Shown here: piece after piece, positions 59,063 to 64,000 of the stretch
Layout: every line of letters begins with the position of its first letter
How positions within the stretch are numbered: the first letter of the stretch is position 1
Source of the DNA: an uncultured Syntrophaceae bacterium
GTDB taxonomy: Bacteria; Desulfobacterota; Syntrophia; Syntrophales; PHBD01
NCBI GenBank assembly: GCA_964558665.1
Contig: CAZLFA010000001.1
Span: 52,562 to 116,561 of the forward strand
DNA length: 64,000 bases
Direction of reading: 5' to 3'
Notes under the pieces: generated by a model
Seen by the model: only the letters and a program-made list of their open reading frames with translations
Told to the model about the DNA's origin: nothing
The model's database searches: none
Translations under genes and position numbers: made by a program

Positions 59063-60391
59063 TCATGATCTGCTCATCATGGACCGAAATCGGGAGATTG
59101 ACTCCTGAGCATTCTTTTTATACCGGGGATCGACAATCAGCGCTGCCTCTTTTTCCGCCTCCTGAAAGAGTACAACAGCAACGCGTCTTTCCACCTTCAG
59201 ATGATAAATATCCTGGGCTGCGGAAAACAGGGCGTGGAACCGCTGTAAGGGGTCTTTCAATTTGAGAATAGCAGATATCCATGCCGTCATCTTTTTTTTC
59301 GCTTCACATTTACTGCCGGCAGCAAAGTTGGATTGCCAGATAAATTTATACAAGCTGTTTGGAAAAGGGTGCTGTGCATTTGATTTCATGATGGCAGCAT
59401 CCGCTGTCAGGACATGGAGTAACCGTTCCGCTTCGTCGGCATAGCGCAGGGTTGCCGCCTTGTCGAATGGCGGATCCGCGTATGGGGCAGGACTGTTATT
59501 GCCGGCATGTAAATTATGTAAATTGTAAAGACGGCTGTTGCGAGCGGCTTTACCGATGCCGTACGGCATTTTATGCATGAGGGTACTGACAACTTGATCC
59601 CTGTCCGGGTCGTGCGGCATCTGTTCAAGCATGCTGACGATTTTTGCATAAGCGCTTCTTTCAAGCATCCACTCGGCAAATACAACCAGGTCATAACTGC
59701 CGTATGGTCTTTTATCGGTTTCAATTGTTCCTGCAATGTGCAGCATCAGCAGAATATATGCAAAGGGATCGCCTTGGTCTTTTTCCTTTTCTCGTATCCA
59801 GGTCGCCATGCGAAAAAGAAATGCGGCATCGTTGATCCTTTCCGCAACGGTTGCCTGCGGCGATATCCGGCCGTCGGCCAGCAGTGATTGCAGGGAAAGG
59901 CGGACTGCCTTTCTCCGCAACGCTTCGTCAGAAAATATTTTGTCTTCAATAGCCCGGAAGACAACCTCCTTGAGCAGGTAACCGTTAATGGTGCGGTCAC
60001 TGCCCGATGATTGTCCGTTGACTATCTGTGATGCCCTGTCCAGCACTGCAAGGGCGCAGGCATGATGACCGTCTTTAAACCGGTCGCCGGCTATTTCCGC
60101 AAGGACTGCAATCGTTTCGCGAGGGGCGGTCTTATTTGGAGGAACTTCTGGGGTTTGGCACCCTGTGCTTTTTATCTCAGCCTTTGAGTATAGCTGGTTT
60201 TTCCAGAGTGAATCAAGATCATCGCCGGCAGTCTCCGTGCTTACTGCCTGTGTTTGCTCCGGCTGAAACCGGGCGGAAATTTCGCACTCGTATGCATTCA
60301 AGACAATGTATGCGCCGGGGACTGCGAAAAGAACAATTACAAGAGTGATCCAGGTATATTTTTTCTTTAAAACAGTAATGAGTGAATGCAT
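59063..60391 (-). CDS. Hypothetical membrane-anchored helical protein
   Basis: 442-aa ORF with one N-terminal hydrophobic segment and a GGAGG RBS, 19 nt downstream of the ankyrin gene. Confidence 0.7.
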   Translation of the reverse strand: MHSLITVLKKKYTWITLVIVLFAVPGAYIVLNAYECEISARFQPEQTQAVSTETAGDDLDSLWKNQLYSKAEIKSTGCQTPEVPPNKTAPRETIAVLAEIAGDRFKDGHHACALAVLDRASQIVNGQSSGSDRTINGYLLKEVVFRAIEDKIFSDEALRRKAVRLSLQSLLADGRISPQATVAERINDAAFLFRMATWIREKEKDQGDPFAYILLMLHIAGTIETDKRPYGSYDLVVFAEWMLERSAYAKIVSMLEQMPHDPDRDQVVSTLMHKMPYGIGKAARNSRLYNLHNLHAGNNSPAPYADPPFDKAATLRYADEAERLLHVLTADAAIMKSNAQHPFPNSLYKFIWQSNFAAGSKCEAKKKMTAWISAILKLKDPLQRFHALFSAAQDIYHLKVERRVAVVLFQEAEKEAALIVDPRYKKNAQESISRFRSMMSRS

Positions 60392-60410
60392 GGTGATAAC
60401 CTCCTTTTAA

Positions 60411-62159
60411 TTACTTAGCGCCAGCGGCAGTAAGGATCCGGATCGTCTCGGGATCATTTGTTTCTTTCGCCCATTCAAGAATTGTCCTAGTTACCGTTTG
60501 CGTCTTGATATCCGGCCCTACTGTTACTGTATGCGGTCCTTCCTGTCTGATTCCCTGGACAACATCATCCTTAGTGTAACCCCTCCGGACGTCTAGCCCG
60601 TTCTTCAGCAGCAGATTCAGTATCCTGTGCCTGTCCTTATTGCTGCTCTGTACTGCTTCTATGGCGGCCGTGTCGCTTATTCTGATGCCGGAACGCAGAA
60701 GTAGTTCGACCATCTCCGAAGATCCTTTCCAGATTGCATTAACAAGTGCGGAGATAGTGCTGCCACTATCTTTTGCACCATAATTAAGTAGTAATATTAC
60801 GGCCTCAATGTTTTCATTATCAACTGCTTCAGCGAGAGAGGAGTAGGGGTATTGGTCCGGGTCTTTCAGATTTGGGTTGGCGCCCGCTTTAAGGAGCAAA
60901 TACAGAAGATCATTTCGCCTGTTCTCTATAACGAAGTCCAGGGGGCGTCTTTCATAATCATCAAGCACTTCATTTACATTGCGTCGCCCCTTGATCAGTG
61001 TTGTCGCGGCAGCAGTTCCTGGCCTGGAAAGGGCATATTCCCAGGGATTTATATCCTTGCTTTTGGCTTCCTTTTTAATCTTGCCTGAAGCAGTGAGGAC
61101 ATAGTTGACAGGCCGAACCTCGAATTTGCAGACGGTCTGGAGTTTGTCCCTGTCCAGCATGTAGATTTGGCGATGTTCGGCAAAGGGTCCGTCCTGTCTT
61201 TCATCCAGATAAATTCTGCCGTCGACTATAAAGGGAATGACTGTCTGGCCGCCGCAGCCGCCGGCCGGCAGTTTATCCGTCAACTGCCGGTCGACAGTCG
61301 TCCTGTCTGACGTCAGAACGCCCAGAAAAGTCCCCCCGCACCCCCGGCCACGTCCCGATGATAACTCAAGAGAGACAACAATCTCCTTTTTCCCGTCATT
61401 GTTTATATCGATCAGTGCCGCCTTTTCTCCTGCATGGGTCTCATAGAATTCTGCAGCTTGAAGAGCTCGGTGGGACAGGGCATGAAGTTTGTTGAAAGTT
61501 ACGGGTTTCAGCTTTCCGGCCTGCGCCATGCCGCATACCCTGTGATTGCGGGACGACTTCAGACGCTGATAAGGACGGCTTTTCTGGTCAAACTCGCACA
61601 CGATCTTTGACCGGTTTTGAGGACTGATATATTCCAGATACTGAAGAGTCTGGTCTGTCTTACCCAGGACATACAACACGCCTCTATGCCTGATAAAAGC
61701 GCGATCATAGGCCCAGCGCAGATTATCCTCTTCCCAGTCATCGTCGGAGGAATGCTTTATGTTGATCTTTTTGTCCGCTTTACTTCTGAAAACAGAATAT
61801 TCTTCAAAATGGGCGGTTCCTCCGGAGGTGATAAAGACTCTTTCAGGAATGCCGTCGTTGTTGATATCGAGCAGGCGCTTAAATACGATTCCGTAAGATA
61901 TGCTGTCCGGGATGCGAACAGCGGACGAATCAACCGGATCTGACGAGATGAGAATTTTTTTAAGCTGCCCTCTGTTGGCATAATCAGCAACGTACTTGCA
62001 CACTCCGTTTGACGGAGCTTTGCCTTTCTTCACCTTTGATAAAGCTTCGTCGGGTATCGCTAGCATCATCAGGATGATGAAAAAGATCGCCATCATGGAT
62101 GCTCTTGACCGTTCCTCTTTACGCAACGGCGTTTCATGGAAAGATCTCTCTGTAAACAT
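60411..62159 (-). CDS. Exported protein with a tandem DINNDG-containing domain and C-terminal ankyrin repeats
   Basis: AAGGAGG RBS, hydrophobic signal segment, ankyrin-like LLKAGANPN, LLLNYGA, LLRSG, LLLKNG.DV. Confidence 0.8.
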   Translation of the reverse strand: MFTERSFHETPLRKEERSRASMMAIFFIILMMLAIPDEALSKVKKGKAPSNGVCKYVADYANRGQLKKILISSDPVDSSAVRIPDSISYGIVFKRLLDINNDGIPERVFITSGGTAHFEEYSVFRSKADKKINIKHSSDDDWEEDNLRWAYDRAFIRHRGVLYVLGKTDQTLQYLEYISPQNRSKIVCEFDQKSRPYQRLKSSRNHRVCGMAQAGKLKPVTFNKLHALSHRALQAAEFYETHAGEKAALIDINNDGKKEIVVSLELSSGRGRGCGGTFLGVLTSDRTTVDRQLTDKLPAGGCGGQTVIPFIVDGRIYLDERQDGPFAEHRQIYMLDRDKLQTVCKFEVRPVNYVLTASGKIKKEAKSKDINPWEYALSRPGTAAATTLIKGRRNVNEVLDDYERRPLDFVIENRRNDLLYLLLKAGANPNLKDPDQYPYSSLAEAVDNENIEAVILLLNYGAKDSGSTISALVNAIWKGSSEMVELLLRSGIRISDTAAIEAVQSSNKDRHRILNLLLKNGLDVRRGYTKDDVVQGIRQEGPHTVTVGPDIKTQTVTRTILEWAKETNDPETIRILTAAGAK

Positions 62160-62238
62160 ATTCCGCCTCCTTTTCCCGGCTATGATGGTTCTCTTTCATG
62201 CCGGGACTTTATTTTGGCTGTCATCCTGACTCGGCAAG

Positions 62239-62344
62239 GTGAAGAAATTTTGAAAAACAGATGAAAAAGAGATGAAAATTCTCCTGTCAAAAAACGGTTT
62301 TCACTTTTCATGCATTATTCATTTTCTTTTCATAATCCCTTCAC
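62239..62344. promoter_or_regulatory. Mirror-image arrays of 11-bp-phased TTCA(T/C) boxes in a divergent promoter
   Basis: Plus strand: TTCAT 62307, 62318, 62329 and TTCAC 62340. Minus strand: TGAA at 62240, 62251, 62262, 62273. Confidence 0.7.
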
Positions 62345-62414
62345 TCTGCGGAGAGAGACTGCCCATCAAGAAAACGGTCCGGAAAGGATCGACTACAGAA
62401 AGGAGAAGGGTGCC

Positions 62415-64000
62415 ATGGAAAAAATGTTGAAGGGAATAACCGGTGTAATTCTGATTTTTGCCATCATGCTTGCCGCCGCTTTATGTTCTGCACAGGAAGG
62501 GGAGTCTAAGACACTCTCACCGTATTTTTTTGTTGAGGGAGGAGATTCGTCGACAGATCAGTTCCCGTTGAAAGAGACGGACATACGGGTGAGAATCAAT
62601 GGTGTGATCGCGGATGTGACCATCAAACAGAAGTATGCGAATCAGGGAAAAAAGCCGATCAATGCCCGTTATGTCTTCCCCGCGTCAACCAGAGCGGCCG
62701 TGCAGGGGATGAAGATGATTTTTGGCGATCAGGTAATTACGGCCCGGATCAAAGAGAAGGAGGCTGCGCAGAAGGAGTTTGACGAGGCAAAAAGCAAAGG
62801 GAAAAGCGCTTCGCTGCTGCACCAGGATCGTCCCAATGTCTTCAGCATGAACGTGGCCAACGTAATGCCCGGAGACATTATCACAGTTGAGCTGCGATAC
62901 ACCGAACTGCTTGTGCCGACGGAAGGCATTTATGAATTTGTGTATCCCACTGTTGTGGGGCCGCGCTATTCCAGTCAGGCACAGGAAGGGGCGGCAATGG
63001 ACGATAAATGGATCCAAAGCCCTTACCAGAAGAAGGGTAAGCTCCAGAAATCGAAGTGGAATATATCAGTGGAGCTAGCCGCCGGGATGGACCTGCAGGA
63101 CGTTACCTGCAGTTCCCATGAAGCTCTGATACAGTTTGCCTCACCGATAAACGCCCGGATTACCCTGGCGGATAAGGAGAAGAATGAAGGTGGGAACCGT
63201 GATTTCATTCTTGGTTATCGCCTTGCGGGGCAGGCCGTTCAGACCGGGCTCATGATGTATGACATCGGGCCGGAGAAATATTTTCTCCTCATGGTACAGC
63301 CTCCCCAGCGGGTGGTTCAGAAAGACATCCCTCCGCGGGAGTATATATTCGTGGTCGATGTATCAGGTTCCATGCACGGTTTTCCCCTGGACATCTCAAA
63401 AGACCTCTTGAAGAATCTTATCGGCAGTCTCCGCTCGAAAGACAAGTTCAATGTCATCCTCTTTTCCGGAGGGTCCCGGGTGATGTCCGCAACCTCGCTG
63501 CCTGCCACGAAGGACAATATCCAGGAAGCGATACGCCTGATTGAGCAGCAGAACGGCGGGGGGGGCACGGAATTGCTGGCGGCTTTGAAACACGCATTAT
63601 CCATTCCCAGGGATGATTCCTTTTCAAGAACGGTAATAGTTGTAACGGACGGCTTCATCGGCGCAGAAAGAGACGTCTTTGACACCATCAGGCAGAACCT
63701 CTCCAGGACAAACTTCTTCGGCTTTGGCATCGGCAGTTCCGTCAACAGGCATCTTATCGAAGGCATTGCCAGGGCTGGTCTGGGAGAGCCGTTCATTATC
63801 ACAAAGCAGGAAGACGCACCGCGTGAGGCGCAGCGATTCTGCAAATACATCAAATCGCCGGTGCTGAAAGATGTTCAGATCGGCTTTGAAGGGTTTGATG
63901 CCTACGATATGGAACCGGCAGCAATCCCGGAACTGTTTGCCGAAAGGCCGCTGGTCATCATCGGCAAATGGCGGGGAGAGGCAAAAGGACAGATAAGGAT
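62415..64000 (+). CDS. VIT (vault inter-alpha-trypsin) plus vWA domain protein, partial (runs off the window edge)
   Basis: Manual translation: signal peptide, then FPLKETD....INGVIADV.I.Q.Y.N, YVFP....AAV..M, A...F..AK..GK.ASLL.Q.RPN.F...VAN, later REYIFVVDVSGSM.G. Not in the ORF track because it has no stop. Confidence 0.9.
   Translation, partial: MEKMLKGITGVILIFAIMLAAALCSAQEGESKTLSPYFFVEGGDSSTDQFPLKETDIRVRINGVIADVTIKQKYANQGKKPINARYVFPASTRAAVQGMKMIFGDQVITARIKEKEAAQKEFDEAKSKGKSASLLHQDRPNVFSMNVANVMPGDIITVELRYTELLVPTEGIYEFVYPTVVGPRYSSQAQEGAAMDDKWIQSPYQKKGKLQKSKWNISVELAAGMDLQDVTCSSHEALIQFASPINARITLADKEKNEGGNRDFILGYRLAGQAVQTGLMMYDIGPEKYFLLMVQPPQRVVQKDIPPREYIFVVDVSGSMHGFPLDISKDLLKNLIGSLRSKDKFNVILFSGGSRVMSATSLPATKDNIQEAIRLIEQQNGGGGTELLAALKHALSIPRDDSFSRTVIVVTDGFIGAERDVFDTIRQNLSRTNFFGFGIGSSVNRHLIEGIARAGLGEPFIITKQEDAPREAQRFCKYIKSPVLKDVQIGFEGFDAYDMEPAAIPELFAERPLVIIGKWRGEAKGQIR

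Overview
About 64 kb of an anaerobic deltaproteobacterial chromosome. The gene content and style suggest Syntrophales (Syntrophus/Smithella-like), which is my inference. Most of it is housekeeping and metabolism: speB (partial), an lpxH-like gene, kup, purL/purQ, cimA, rne/rng, proC, gcvPB, lipA, lpdA, and a beta-oxidation operon (acyl-CoA ligase-like, thiolase, crotonase, acyl-CoA dehydrogenase). It also carries a two-gene type II secretion fragment (gspG with an internal TAA, then gspD) followed by a LuxR regulator, a c-di-GMP operon, and a small decayed defence/toxin-antitoxin islet at about 35.4-37.9 kb. A divergent ankyrin-protein / VIT-vWA locus lies at the right end. I saw no rRNA, tRNA, CRISPR array or intact transposase/integrase. 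The most interesting items not in the ORF track are: (1) a complete Ile-sensing leader-peptide attenuator upstream of cimA; (2) an acyl-CoA ligase homologue with several catalytic motifs lost, heading the beta-oxidation operon; (3) an orphan gcvPB-long KamA-lipA operon near lpdA; (4) a microhomology deletion scar that fuses the start of one gene to the end of another; (5) mirror-image 11-bp-phased TTCA(T/C) arrays in the divergent promoter at 62.2-62.35 kb.
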